Assembly (NCBI GenBank): GCA_965235115.1
Contig: OZ249440.1
Span: 35,652,001-35,716,000, forward strand
Length of the DNA stretch: 64,000 bases
Source: Laetmonice hystrix
Taxonomy: Eukaryota
Direction of reading: 5' to 3'
The number at the start of each line of letters is the position of its first letter. Within the stretch, counting starts at the first letter, position 1. This document shows positions 1 through 13,660 of the stretch, piece by piece. The notes beneath the pieces are model-generated. The model was given only the letters and a program-made list of their open reading frames with translations. It ran no database searches and was not told the origin of the DNA. The position numbers and the translations under genes were made by a program.

Positions 1-950
1 TGTGGCAACCCCATTTTTGCAACCCATCATGACAGCAGCTCCATCAAAATTCAAACCAACAAGTTTGTGCTGCAAGATTTCCTTGTCAACTCCACATACA
101 GCAAGTGCCTTATCAATGGCTGCCTTGACATCAACTGCCTTTCCCGATTCACTTGCAACAATATCCACAAAGCTGGTCACAGGTCTTCCATCCCTGATAT
201 AGCGAACAAAAACACTTTCCTGTTCTATAATGGCTGAGTCAGTGGACACATCAGCTAATATTGAGATGTATTTGGCCTGTTGAAGATCTTCTGCAATGTT
301 TTGTGTCACAACTTCTGCAATACTTTTGGTGAACTCCCGACACCCCTTGTCATTGTGGTACAGTGTTCCCATGTCAAGACCATTTTTTTCCTGCAGCTTC
401 AGTAGGCTTGGGAACATAGAGAATGGTAATGCTTCATGTGCCACCATATGAGCCGTGTTGACAAGGGAAGTGATTCGCTTGTATTGTTTTTCATCAATTT
501 GGATGGCTTGCCTAGAAAAGGCTTTCGTAAGTGGGGCAGCACCAGGTGCTGCCTTCACATCTAAACGTGCCTTACAGTTTTGGTGTTTCCTGGAATTGTT
601 GTGGGTAACCAGAGTCTCTCTCCTTAGGTTGCCTGACACCCCCTTCACCAAATGACTGGAAGGGTCAGAAGTATATGGAAACTGTCTACACCATGTACAG
701 CTCATAACCCCACTCTCAGTGTCATAATGTAACCATGGAAAGTCATTTTTCCAGCTTTCCTGGAAGGCCCGTACACGTTTCTCTTCATAGCACCTCTTAG
801 GGTTAGCAGATTCTGCTGTCAGATCTTTCTTTTCCAGTGGGCGTTTCTTTCCTGCATGTTCACTGGTACTTTTCCTCTGAAGTATTTGTTGTTCCATCTG
901 GTTCAATGCAGGGTCCTTTTCATGGTCACACTTATCAGTGATTGTTGGGA
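1..950 (-). pseudogene. hAT-superfamily (ZNF862/ZMYM-like) transposase fragment, N-terminal part, running off the window
   Basis: Manual minus-strand translation gives RAFQESWKNDFPWLHYD..MSCTWC (TTF-type zinc finger), YISILADVSTDSAIIEQESVFVRYI and LVGLNFDGAAVMMG, typical hAT DDE blocks; frame appears disrupted. Confidence 0.8.
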
Positions 951-3357
951 CTGGATTATCACCGTCTGGAAAATAACGTCACACTTGCATTGATAAACAT
1001 GGCAGAGTAGAAGAAATATATGGCATCACCCCGGGAATCAGAACAAATAAAAATAAATTTAGGCCTATAAATCACATGATTTAATTTAATAAAGACAAAT
1101 CTACATATCAGTAGGCCTATTAAAAAAAGATAAATTGAAATAAATTGTGTTGAATTAACAACTGAAAGGGCACTGGGGGCACGTGTTCCCCGATTTTTTT
1201 AACAGATTATAAAGTGCCATACCAGCCCCTAGTCCCCCCACCCTAAGTCTACAGAGCCTAGTTTAAATTAAACGGCATAATTTAGGGGCTGTCCATGAAT
1301 TACCTAACACGAAGGGTGGTGGTGGCAGATAGGATTCTGTTACAAACCCATTACAGAATTCAGAAAACATTATGCTTTTTTTATGGGGGTGGGAGTCTTT
1401 AAAATAACCAGGCCAGCCCCTTACTTTAGCTGTCTAACTTTAGGCCTAAGTTTAACATAAGATTTTGGCTACTTACCACTGGTACTGCTCTTTTTGGTGA
1501 AGCCACACTTCAACAGAGACATGGTTGGTGCTAGTGCAGATCCAGAGGAGGGTTTGTCAAAATCTGTGAAGGATCACCTTGCCAGCTTCACCACGTAACG
1601 TTACTACGAGTTGTAGTAAAAGTATCAAGTCAAGCATGGAAGGAATTCCTGCTTGACACAGATATGGACCAATCACAGTACCCATTACACCACTTAAAAA
1701 ACAGTCACACGTGTGATCCAATCATAGCCTCTTATTCTGCCTGTCACTGGGGCAATATGTTAATTCGTCTTACTGGGTCAATATTACGCACCCAAACTGC
1801 ACCCGAAAAATGAGAGCTCATCATGAAAACACTGGAATGCTCCGTAAATATTTTGAAATATCTAACTAAAAGGTGCTTTTATTTGCTTTCTGTGGCTAAA
1901 GTATACTGTTGGTCTCATGATAAATTAAGCCAGCGCCAAATTGACAAGTGCTGCTTGTTGTAAACAACTGGCTCACTCAGTGACAGTGCTCACACGTGGT
2001 CCCTAGCTAATTGAGGCATTATAGGTCATTACACACAGCCCCCCTCTGGGCAATTCATGGTATGGCCAGAGATCTTGTTACATACCGGGCAGGCATATCG
2101 GCAAGTTGGATTGTATTGCATCTAATTAGGTCCTTGTGTGTAATTTCTACAGATAGTGGAGATTTTATCGATAATAATGGTGTGAACCCCAATTAATCAA
2201 TGACGATAAATAATTCTGGAAGGAACTGTTACACTCTGGCATCCGCAAAAAACAGCGAGTATTCACCCTAATGTGCCTCTATATCATTAAAGTTGACCCC
2301 ATTGCCGACTGATAAGTCTTGCATGTCTTCTGTATGGGGGTGCTGAAGGGAAATATACTATCCCGTCACAAGGTGGCAGAACCAGCCCGTCTCGGTCGGT
2401 TTTGTTAGTTACACTCGGTTTCGTGAAAGTCAGAGTCACCCCAAAAGTGGAGGCATGTGGTCGCCGTAGATCTTAGGCCGAGAACAAGGCCTGGTTGATT
2501 TTTTTCTTTGTCTTTGCTTTACTCGTCCGGTCGGACGACTGACATTAATATTTACTCGTCCAAAGCAATTTTTTAGTCGTCTCGGACGATCGGACGTGGG
2601 TTTTTTCGAGCCCTGCAGAGCTTTGATACAAAGTATAGCCTGAACGATGCCGGCCATCGACGCTTGGTCCGCACCATCCGTGTGACCACCCGGAGCGTGG
2701 GGTCCGCGGCGCGGGCCAGCGCTAGCACGACCGTGGGACTGACCACCTCACGGTTGAGAGTCACACTAGACCAGGCCCTGGAACGCCATGTCAAGACGTC
2801 GAACAGGCTGGCACCCATCAAGGCGCCCAAGGCAGTACGTGTTGAGACGGTCAAGGCGCCCAAGGCAGTGCGTGTTGAGACGGACCGTCCTATGGCGGTG
2901 ACTGTGACACGCCGCGATGGGAGAGCGGTTACGCTCACCAACCGACGGCAGTGAAAATGGACATTCTCTGTAAGACTCTGTGTCAGCTTATGAATCATAC
3001 GTCATGCACTATCAAAATTAATTTGCTGGACAATGAACTGTGCCCAATTTTTCGTTAACCCTTTTGGGGGAAGGCCACATGTCGCATTATGTATCAGACG
3101 TCATGCATTGCATTTAACATTGTCATATTAAAGAACACTATTCATGGTCATAACACCTACATTACGTCCTTCTCGTTTCATTCCCTTTTCACATTAGTCA
3201 TGGTGAAATTTCTTGAGTCTGGCCGTCCTCAACCTTTGATAATTGCTTCACTTCAAATATAAACTATTCACAATGTCGATACTAGGCTCTACCTACCTTG
3301 CCCTATCTGATGTAAATGATGACATTTGGCCTCTGGCTTCCCTATACCAGAACATAC

Positions 3358-4380
3358 GAGTTATAAGACCATAAAACCAAAGGAACCTATTTTATCCCGG
3401 GTCCCAACGGGAACACCACCAAAACACATCTATAAAAGAGTCAGAAGTCCAGCCTCTGACAAGAACTCTAAAATCACTCCTGGTCTGATATTGCTAAAAA
3501 GATCCTTAAGACTCGTCTCATTATAAAACCGTTGTCTGATCAGATTAAAATCACCACACTCAAGTAACACATGGGTTAATCTAGAATGACCAAATCTGCA
3601 TCAAGTAAAAACAATTTCATGCCTACGTTGGGTTAGGCTGTGATGATACCTTTGGTTCACGACGGGACTGATCTGATACAATTTATTGTTTGGAATTTCA
3701 TCCCATTCGGCCTGCCTCCAGGTGTTTGTGAAGCGGCCACCAGTGGAGTGAGTTAGTAGTGGTGGTTTTGCGCCGTGCCGGCATCCGGGGCCATCTTCAC
3801 AGCAAAAGTTAAGAGTTAAAAGACCATAAAATTAAAGGAACCTATTTTATCCCGGGCCCCAACGGGAATATCATTAAAACACACTCCATCCTGTCAGCCC
3901 AACAGGGCTACCGACAAGCCTGAACTATAAAAGAGTCAGAAGTCCAGCCTTTGACAGAAACTCTAAAATCACTCCTGCTCTGACATTGCCAAAAAAGACT
4001 TGTCTCAGTATAAAACCTTTGCCTGATTAAAGTAAAATCACCACACTCGAGTAAAAGATGCTTCAGTGTCAAAGGACACTGACAGCCATAACATTCTGGA
4101 GGTGGCTCCCCCTTCAATAAAAACACATGGGTTAATCTCGACTGACCAATACTGCATCGAGTAAAAGCAATTTCATGTCTACGTTGGGTCAGCAGAAGTG
4201 AATAGCAAAGTTTGCATTGGCAAGCACTGCCAACTTGGACAGGATTTTAATGATCACTGGGTGATGTGTGTTCAAGTTAGCAAGTGCTTGCAGACAGGAT
4301 ATCGATAAGGAAGTCCTTTTTGCCATAAACTTCAATATTTTGAAGGGCAAGAAGCAGGGCACGGGCCTCTGCTGAGAAGA
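3358..4380 (-). mobile_element. Two adjacent 3' fragments of the I-group LINE (3358-3716 tail-less; 3746-4380 with tail and an internal deletion)
   Basis: Matches the 3' UTR, RNase H and CCHC region of the long copy at 23728-27256; ORFs 3908-4126 and 4189-4446 give PPECYGCQCPLTLKHLLLEC. Confidence 0.9.
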
Positions 4381-4839
4381 GGAGGGAGAAAGGAATACCA
4401 AGTATTTTATGAACTTAGAGGAGAGAAATTCCATCAAGAAACACAATTAACACAATAAACGCGTAAATTATAAGTTACAGCTGTTTCTTAACCCTACATC
4501 ATTACCTAGACCATCGCCAAAAGAGAAAGAAAGTTGTGAGGCACTAATAACTGAAGATGAGTGTAACACTGTTTTAAAAACCCTTAAAAACAACAAATCA
4601 CCAGGGAATGATGGGTTTACAACAGGATTTTATAAATACTTCTGGAATGACATATGGGATATATTAGTATATTGCTACAATAAAAGCTATAACAACTAAA
4701 TTCTACCCGTATCTCAAAGGCAAGCTGTAATACCCCTAATTGATAAAGGAAAGGATAGGTTATCACATGAAAATTGGTGTCCGATTTCACTTTTGAATAT
4801 TACAGATTATAAACTCATTACTAAAGTAATAGTATATAT

Positions 4840-7800
4840 GGGTCAGTTTTTCCATAGATGTACAATTGGCCAAAATTGGACTTTGGTCCATTCCGAATGC
4901 TATAACTTTTTAAGTTTTCAATAAAGGTCCATGAAAATAGCATCATTCAAAGCAGAAAATGTGTACCCTTCTGAAACGGTATACAGTCAGACCTCGTTAA
5001 TCCGAACACCTTGGTTCCCTGAAAAAATCGTTCGGATGTCGGAGCGTTCGGATTAGCGTTCATGAGGGGTCACATCCGCCACGCCACCTAGTGGTAGAGG
5101 GGTTAAAATCGCCGCGCCACCTAGTGGTAGAGGGGTCACAACCACCACGCCACCTAGTGGTTTTCAAATTACAATTTCCCGCCTTAAGCACGTGGCCATC
5201 ACCATTTCTATGTCAATGATTTTTGCTGCGATTATTACTAAACGAATCTGTTCTTCACACAACTTCTTCTTCTGGACAACAGTCACCTCTGTGCGTTTGC
5301 GTTTCAGTGACATGATGATGATGTGTAGTCTCTCTTGCTTCGTGTTGTTCTCTCTATGCTTGTTCAGGTTGGAATGAAGGCACAGTTAATGTGTGTCGTA
5401 TTTATACAGAACTTGGGAAAGGTGTAAATCCTTAATCCATTCAGCCCATTTCTTTGTGAGGTCACTCAAAGTAAGAAAACCTACTCACCTATTGAATTTG
5501 ATTTTCTTTGAGTTATTGTTAACGGGGCGCCTATTGTCTTAACTTGGGAAAGGTGTAAATCTTTAATCCATTCAGCCCATTTCTTTGTGAGGTCACTCAA
5601 AGTAAGAACACCTACTCACCTATTGAATTTGATTTTCTTTGGGTTATTGTTAACAGGTGTTAATCCCAGGTGCCGGCTGACCGGTGCTCTGTCTTTTATC
5701 AGGGCGCCTATTGTCTTAGCGCCAGTGCAGTGCAGGGAGCGCGACTGAGGTGTGACCGTGTTTACTCATGAATGACCGCTCTCGTTGACAGCTGACCGCC
5801 GGCAGCAGTGGTACGCAAGCCATACGGTGCTGCTCTGAGAGTATGGCGTTCGGTCTTGTGAGACGTTAATTCATAGATATGTACCAATATGATGCGTTCG
5901 GTTTCGGAAACCGGGGTATCCGGATTAGTGGGTACAAAATGAACTAAAAAAATTGCGTTCCCAAGGTGTAACGTTCGGATGTCGGGGAAAACGGATTAGT
6001 GGAGCACGGATTACTGAGGTCTGACTGTACTTTGTTGGGCCTTTAGGCATTATCTGAAGATCTATAGAGGATCAAAGTTGAAAAAGTGAGAAAATTGTAT
6101 CAATTTCACCAGTTTTTCCCCATTATAAACAGCGTTACTCATTCCTGGGTGCAAATAACATGATTATAACACCTGTGCTTGATAAAGGAATGTGTTACCT
6201 ATATTCATCTTAGATATGAGACAATTCCCAGAGAGGAGAAATTTTTTATTCAACATGGAGATAACTTGGTAAGGATGAGGGACGTTCGGTATCAAATATA
6301 TAACGTATTATACTAAGCTGTTATTTGCAGGTTAGAATCAAATAAATTTGTGAAAGGATAGTGTTCAACATGCTTACTAATATTGGCAAATATCAGAATT
6401 ATAGTCCACTATGTGTCAGGGCTACAATACATATGCCATAATTATACTGGAAATATACCGAACGTCCCTAGATTATTCTTATTGCCAAAGCATTTGTAGA
6501 GGGTATACTCACGATAATTATAAATGGCTTAAAACATTTGTACAAAAATATGTTAAGTATGCCTTAAGCTATAAAAAAGTAAATGAAATTACTAAGGCCT
6601 TTTTGATGGAACGAAACAAAATATGGAGACGTTCGGTATCGAGGGACGTTCGAGATGAGCGGAAATCAATCGCAGCAGGAAATAACCTTGACTTGCCTTG
6701 AAGTGCCGCCATATACAGGGAATAGTTCGTCCTCAACTTAGTCAGTTTACTTTAAAATTTTTTCACAAAACGATAAATATTTATCGCATTTAGCTATCTA
6801 AACGCTTTCTAAAACGTGGTGAAGATGCTAGATATCGGACTTCTGAACCTCCTTATGTGGTAAATTAGAAATGATTATGCCATATTTTATCATTTAAATG
6901 AAAACTGAATCATAGATGTTGATCTCGGACATTCGGGTGGGCCACAATGGGGCAAAAGGGGGTCGCAGTGTTGATTCCAATTTGTCATGTTTGCGAGGAT
7001 GGGGACGTTCGGTATTATTGAATATTATTTTGATTATCAATCCATATTGAAGGTTTTATTGTTATTCTTGAATGAGATGTTGGTTCAAATGAAAGATTAT
7101 ATATAGATTGTATGCTATATAGAGTATATTCGGCTGTATATTAGGTTTTTTGGCACTAGGCCAACATTAAGTCGGTACCGAACGTCCCCTTTCGAAATGT
7201 TAATTACGTATTGCTGATTATGGCAGACTCTAGAAGCCCCTCTCCCTTACTTTGGCATTAAATTATATATCTAATACAAAATGCCTATGAAAGGAGAAAG
7301 GTTGTTTATATGTATGTGTTTGTATATAAGAAAAAAAACGTGAAAACAGGTTGCCTAAGGACGTTCGGTACATATACCGAACGTCCCCCGCCATAAGGTT
7401 ATATCGAGAACGAATCTTTTCATAGCAATATCAACATTTTTCAGAGTTATTAACTGTAGGAATTCGTAGATTGAACATACAGATTTAATATGAAAAATGT
7501 AAAACATTCTTTAAAATAGCTAATCCTTTGTAGTTGTTGATACCGAACGTCCCCTCAATGTTATAATTAAAAAAAAGAATACTAAGCTTGAATATAGGCC
7601 TATTCCTGAAATATTTTGTATGTAGATGCCCAAGTGAAAGCTCTTATAATTGGCATACATTTAAAGCCTGAATGGCTGTTTTGATTTTCGCACAAATGTA
7701 TGCCTACGTCATACTATGGGGGACGTTCGGGATATTTGGGGGACGTTCGGTATTTATGAGTCATCTTTTCAACCACAGATTAGGATATCAGAGTGACATC

Positions 7801-8311
7801 AATCTGTATTCTTGGATATATGTAATAAACTTGTCATACATCTTGAGAAAAGGTAAAGTAATCATATATGACGATTTAAATTTAAAGGAGATCAATTGCA
7901 AATATGCAATTCCATTTTCGTAACCAGTCTTGCTTGTAAAAATGTTATGAAACATCAGTGACATAGAAATAATTTTCACATCCTCTTCATATTTGGTATG
8001 TGGATTTGAATAGATCCCATGAGTCTATTTTGTTAAAATCATGTGGTTTCTATAAATATTAGTGATATAATAAAGCAATATGTAGTAGGAGGTAAGTCCC
8101 ATACCGAACGTCCCGCTAAACGGCGTACCTTCATTTGAAGCTTAATAAAAACTGACATGTCTTGAATTACTGAGTATAATTGCTATTTTCAGAAAGCTGG
8201 AATGTTCCTTAATACAACCGAACAAAAATGAAGTGGTTTTGAACGATTTCATTTTTTCCATGTCCAGATACAGCATTTAGCCCAATTGTACATCTAGGGA
8301 AAAACTGACCC
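4840..8311. mobile_element. Non-autonomous TIR DNA transposon, probably Sola2-like (GGG termini, ATAT TSD)
   Basis: Left ATAT|GGGTCAGTTTTTCCATAGATGTACAATTGG, right CCAATTGTACATCTAGGGAAAAACTGACCC|ATAT; about 30-bp TIR with 1 mismatch. Superfamily assignment rests on the termini only. Confidence 0.75.
4984..6027. mobile_element. Tc1/mariner (pogo/Tigger-like) MITE nested in the element above
   Basis: TA|CAGTCAGACCTCGTTAATCCG ... CGGATTACTGAGGTCTGACTG|TA; contains a 33-bp tandem repeat (5065-5160) and a duplication of about 110 bp (5410-5523 / 5541-5654). Confidence 0.8.
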
Positions 8312-8402
8312 ATATAATAAAAAGGTATTACCGGATATAAGACACCATAATCAGATGGGTTATGTTGAGGGAACATCTATTGGGTATAGTGTGAGGCAAG
8401 TG

Positions 8403-8482
8403 AGTGAGTGAGTGAGTAGTGGTGGTTTTGCGCAGTGTCTGCATCTGGGGGCCATCTTCACGGCAAAAACAGAGTTATAAGA
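8403..8482 (-). mobile_element. Very short I-group LINE insertion (tail plus stem-loop) with 6-bp TSD
   Basis: CAAGTG at 8397-8402 and 8483-8488; removing the insert restores Tx1 SVRQVLDLIEY. Confidence 0.85.
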
Positions 8483-8719
8483 CAAGTGTTAGACCTTATA
8501 GAATATATGAAAAGCGAGGATATTCCAGCTTTAATAGTATGCACAGATTTTAAAAAGGCTTTCAATTCCTTAAATTTGAAATTTATGATAAAAACAATGG
8601 AAAATTTCAATTTTGGCCGTTCTGGTATTCAATGGGTAAAACCTTTTATACTGATATCTCAGCCTGTAATATTAATAACGGTTACACCTTAGGTTATTTC
8701 AAATCAGAAAGGGGCATAC

Positions 8720-10485
8720 CACAGAGTACCCTACATACAGAGGTTTCACTTACGTCAAAATGCGTTCTAGGCCATCGCAGCGCCACCTATCGGGGTGGAT
8801 GACGCTGCTGGCTCTACGTTGGGGACTAAAAGCTTGGTTTTTCCATAGAACGTGTAACGTTACAGTTCTATGGTTTTTCTCACCTTGGGTGCTTGAAACG
8901 CCCTCGCGGTGGGAATAATGAATCAATTCACTTGGAGATTGTTGCAAAGAAAACTAGAGATAATTGCCTTTTGTCTAGTCTGAAAATTATACAAATAGAT
9001 CAAAGAATTCTTTTTCTTACGGCCATTTGAAAACCATCAAAAAAGTATTAAAAACCCCGTAAAACTTGTGACCTAGAAAAACGTTCTACCTAGCAGCGCT
9101 TGCCACGCAAAATCGGTCGCAACGACCTATACAAAAAAGTATCCAGAGTTATTCCCCACATCGTAAGGTCTTCACAGATGCCCTTCTTTTAGCGAGACTC
9201 CTTATAGTTTTGGATACAGCAAGGTTTGTTTGGAAATTTAAAAGTTCCCAAAACTTTGTTAATGACGTTAAATATCCAGCAGAATCTAAGGCTAAGCTCT
9301 GCACAGTGTAGTGATGTTTACAGATGTATTATAATGCTGTAATTTTCTGAGAATATCTACTGACCTTTGTAATCTCTGCTTCTGTAGTATTTTAATTTAT
9401 CTTATCATAAAGCGAGAGCTAGACAGAAAAATAGTGCAGTCTACGTTAGATCTAGCCTTCTTCTGTCTGTTGTTCCGCACGTCTTCTCTATGACGTAACA
9501 GACACTGATTTAACGAGGCACGCACTGTCTTTTTGATAGTGTAACATTGTAATATCAAGTATCAAAATACGTAGTTAACTATACTATGATGTCACAAGTG
9601 ACAATAAAAGCACAAACAGATCCAATCCAGGCTATAAAATTGTAGCCAGTGCGGATTACGAGGACGTGTTGACGTCCAGCCCAAGGCCAAGACACCCGGC
9701 CAGTACAGGTTTTTGAGCAGCAGCGCTCTAAAACGACCCGCAAAGGTCTCTCAAACTGCCACAACTGGCAGTTGTGACTAGATCTACTGATGATTTTGTC
9801 ATCAGATCAGTATGAACTACATTATACATACATAGCATAGGCCTACATAGATAGCCCTACACCAGCCACCCTTGCCTTGCCTACACCTCTCGTTCTAATA
9901 TACCGTAGACACTGACTGTCATGCTTACCATCTTCAGCGGTTATTCGACGTCACGTTGCGTGATTTTAGGCCTCAAGGCAATGGTGTTTTTTTAAATTCA
10001 GCCGTTCTTTTCAGGATTATATTTGTGGTAGGCCTATATAAATTATCTTGACAAATTTGGTATTGACACAAAGCTAATGTTATGGGGATTCAGACTGTAT
10101 ATCTTAACTTTTTTAGCCTTCAGAGTCTAGGGGTTTCAGTACATGTATTATTGGCAAATGTACCGAGGCGAACAGTTTGTGTAAAAGATTTCTTCAAATG
10201 TTCTTATTCACACTCTCGTAACAGCAAAATAATGTGTTTACAAGAAAAGTCACCTATATACTATGAAAGGAAATTGTATGGGGAAGAGAATGATACCATA
10301 CTTGTTTAGATTGCATTGTGATAGACTGAGTGTGCACCGTCTTAAAAGTCGTGCATTTTGCCTGGGCGGCCGTTGGGGCCGGCCGTTTCTGGGCTACCGT
10401 CATCCACGCCGCTAGGTGGCTGACGGAATGTAACGTCACAATAGAGCTCAATGGCAGTGAAACTTCTGTATCTACCTATTCTGTG
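8720..10485. mobile_element. Non-autonomous P/Galileo-like DNA transposon with 7-bp TSD
   Basis: GGCATAC at 8713-8719 and 10486-10492; imperfect TIR of about 30 bp, CACAGAGTA..ATACAGAGGTTTCACT / AGTGAAACTTCTGTAT..TATTCTGTG; removal restores Tx1 GIRRGD. Confidence 0.7.
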
Positions 10486-11711
10486 GGCATACGTCGGGGA
10501 GATCTGTCGCCTTACATCCTCATGCTAGCAATGGAAATCTTAGTGCATGTTGTTAGACAGGTGCATGTTGTTAGACAGGAACAAGAAATAGAGGGAATAA
10601 ATGTACAAAAAATGTAGGTAATACGGAAATGAAAGTGGTACTCTATGCAAATGACAATAGCCGGTTATTTTCGGACACACAATCAGCAGGAATGTTCCTT
10701 GATTTAGTAACATTATTCAGAAAATACTCGGGCTTAAAGGTAAATAGGGAGAAAACAGAAGCGATGTGGCTCGGGTCTAAGAAAGACTCTGATGATAAAC
10801 CTTTCAATATTAATTGGAACAACCTAAGTTTAAAAATCCTAGGAATTCACGAGTCACAACAAAAAAGAAATGTACAAAGCAAATTATGAAGTTAAAGTGG
10901 AGGCGCTCAAAACAACCCTGAACATCTGGAAAACGAGGGATTTGACTTTAAATGGAAGAATATTAATTAGTAAAATGTTAGGGCTATCCAAGTTGGCTTA
11001 TGTAATATTGGCTCCATTGTTTATGTTTCAGGATCATGAGCAGAGCTAAATTCCAGGAGTTGGAGAAGTCCCTGGCAGAACAGACCTCAAGGCATTGGCA
11101 TGAAAGTACAGGGACGCATGCTGGCAAGGCTGCCACTCGGCTTGGGAGGCGACCACACTCTGCCAGATTCCCCAACGCTTGACATGTGGCAACAGTGGTC
11201 GGGCCCATTGGCCCATTAACCAACTCCTGGAGGAACTCTTCCTGGCAGCGCACAAGGACTGGAACCCAGACTACCAGCAGTACCTGCAAACCCTGCCATG
11301 CCGTGTGTTATCTGTGGGTCATACATTTAGGGTACCCACCAATATTGGCTATGTTCAGAAGGCAAACGGGAAGTGGGTGACTCTGTACGGGCTAGGTCTG
11401 TTAGTCCGACAGCCCAATAGTCCAACGCCCACTTTGGCTGTCGGACCAATGGAAAAATATAACTAACCCTAAACCTAACGTTAATTCTAACCCATAGGGT
11501 GTCAGACCAATAGGCTGTCAGACCAATGGGCCCACCCCACTCTGTACAATAGCCTTTTCCTCCTTGTGAATTCCAGTGGACAGGTTGTTTGGACATCAAC
11601 TGGCAAAAGGCACTTCATTTGCATCTGCGTCGGATATACTTGAAGAGGTCAAGCAGCATAACCAGCAGCAGGACATGCCTCAAGTCCTTTATCTGGACAT
11701 CTGCTTCAAAT

Positions 11712-11800
11712 GAGTGAGTAGTGGTGGTTTTGCGCCGTGTCGGCAATCCGGGGCCATCTTCACGGCGAAAACAGAATTAAAAGACCATAAAATTAAGGGA
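11712..11800 (-). mobile_element. Short I-group LINE 3' end
   Basis: GAGTGAGTAGTGGTGGTTTTGCGCCGTG... tail and stem-loop; no TSD seen. Confidence 0.85.
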
Positions 11801-12563
11801 CTTGTTCCATGCTGTGAAGCACATCTCTGGGACCATCCCAAGGGACCTGAGCTGAGGACTCATCTCAGGAATGTCTTCAGGCAAGTAGGAGACACTGAGG
11901 TAGAATGAACCCTGCCCACTCCCAATTCAGATGACATTCTAGCAAACATTGATAGATTTCTGACGCAGTGGCATGGCATAGAGCAAAATGGCACACCAGT
12001 TATGAATGAGGACACAACAAGCTATCAGTCGCCTTAACTCTACCTTAAATTTACAAAATAAAATGACAAAATAAAGCAAATAAACCTACACAAGGTATAC
12101 ATTTTATGAAAGGGGAGGGACTGGGGAACATAAAAGATTATAAACAAAAAATTGGGTCACGTGGCCTCATTGTATATTCAAAATCGCCACCATTCATAAA
12201 AAATGGCCCAAATATCTTCAGTTGGACCCCATAAACATGATCTTGTAAAATATTTATGAAAGAAATTACCATAAAATCCTAAAGAGACAAAAATCTATTC
12301 ATAAGGCAAATTTGAGCTTTTCATTGATATTGAGAATAAAATTAGAAAAGATATCAGCTAATTAGACAATTAGGCCCGTAAATAGAGATATCTAGGCCTG
12401 TAGCCAGTATAGGCTACATGGAGCCGCTTGAAATATGCTAAGCACGCCCTCTACCCATTCACCATGCATGTTCAGTGGAGACTAGATTAGTTACAAGACC
12501 TATCACCAGATGGCAGTGCTATGTAACATTATGTCGGTTGGTTAGGAAAATAGAACAATATGT

Positions 12564-13660
12564 GGGTCATTCCATACCAAATCACCCAGAAACAAGAAAT
12601 TTTCCCAGTTCAAATAATAGATTTTGATGAAATTTTACTCATAAAAACTTTGATCCAATTCATGTGGCCATGTAAAATTTTATTTCTGTACTCCAAATAG
12701 TTTTCGAGATATGGCTTTTTAAATTGTTCACCCCTTGCACCCTTTCCAAAGCTAAGTTTCGCTTATTTTTGTGCCGATTTTGAGGACATATAACAGCACA
12801 ATTATAAGAGTGAGCATTCCCATATTTCACTTACTGTCCTTGGTAGGTATATGCAAAATACAAGACAACAGGTTCATCCTGGGAATATTTTTTCTGTACG
12901 AGTGGTGCCAAAATGGCGTTTTGGCCAATTATTACCCAAAATATTTAGCTGCGCAACAGGGTTTCTTCCATTTGAAAAGGCATATTTTCTTCAATATTTT
13001 ATAGATCTTCACAGAACTTTCGGGGAATGTTTACTGGCCATATTCCTATATAATCATAGTCCAAAATGGTTCATTTATGCTAAAAATTCCTAGTTCTTTG
13101 ATCTTAAGCATAGTGATATCCGACTTTTTGGAGGAGATAGATATTTCTGAAAGTTTAAAGTGCTCTAGAAAAGTCAGTTTTCAATGTTTTTAATTCAAAT
13201 TTGGCACATGGATAGCCTATGGGGAGTTCTTTTAGGAAAATACATTACAAGTTTCGAACTTGGATTAGATTTTTAATGAAGGCTGGCAAAAAAATGAAAA
13301 ATATGGTATCAGGCCCCACATATGAAAAATTGGTACACAATAGGGATTGAAAGTACAGTCTCCAAACTTTTTTCAAATAATAAGGACATACATATGTACA
13401 GTTGACAAAAAAATCAGTAATGTGCTAGCTTTCCTTACAGTTATTAATTTATCATGAATACAGCCATTTTTTTGACATTCGCAGGTGGGTCATTCCATGT
13501 TGAACCAATGGCAAAAAAGTTGATGTCTCCGAATTTCTTTAGATTTTAACCACATATTTGACAGCCATATTTAGCCACCTCTGCAAAATTGCTAAGCATT
13601 TGCATGAAAAAAATTATTGAGCGACCGGAAATAATAAAACTTATTTTCTTCCCATTTTCA
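12564..13660. repeat. AT-rich DNA-transposon remnants with two direct GGGTCATTCCAT terminus-like motifs (12564, 13487)
   Basis: Motif resembles the GGGTCA terminus at 4840; no matching opposite ends found. Confidence 0.35.

Larger units (their letters stand above)
4381..11015 (+). mobile_element. L1/Tx1-clade LINE ORF2 (RT) fragment split by three insertions; pieces about 4381-4835, 8316-8402, 8483-8719, 10486-11015
   Basis: EGERNTKYFMNLE, NNKSPGNDGF, WCPISLLN, DFKKAFNSL, GIRRGDLSPY, LYANDN, FRKYSGLKVNREKT, IWKTRDLTLNGR; motifs are collinear once the inserts are removed. Confidence 0.85.

Noticed and set aside
11460..11495. Telomere-like CTAACCCTAA
   Set aside because: Only 2-3 degenerate units inside a small insert; not a telomeric array.
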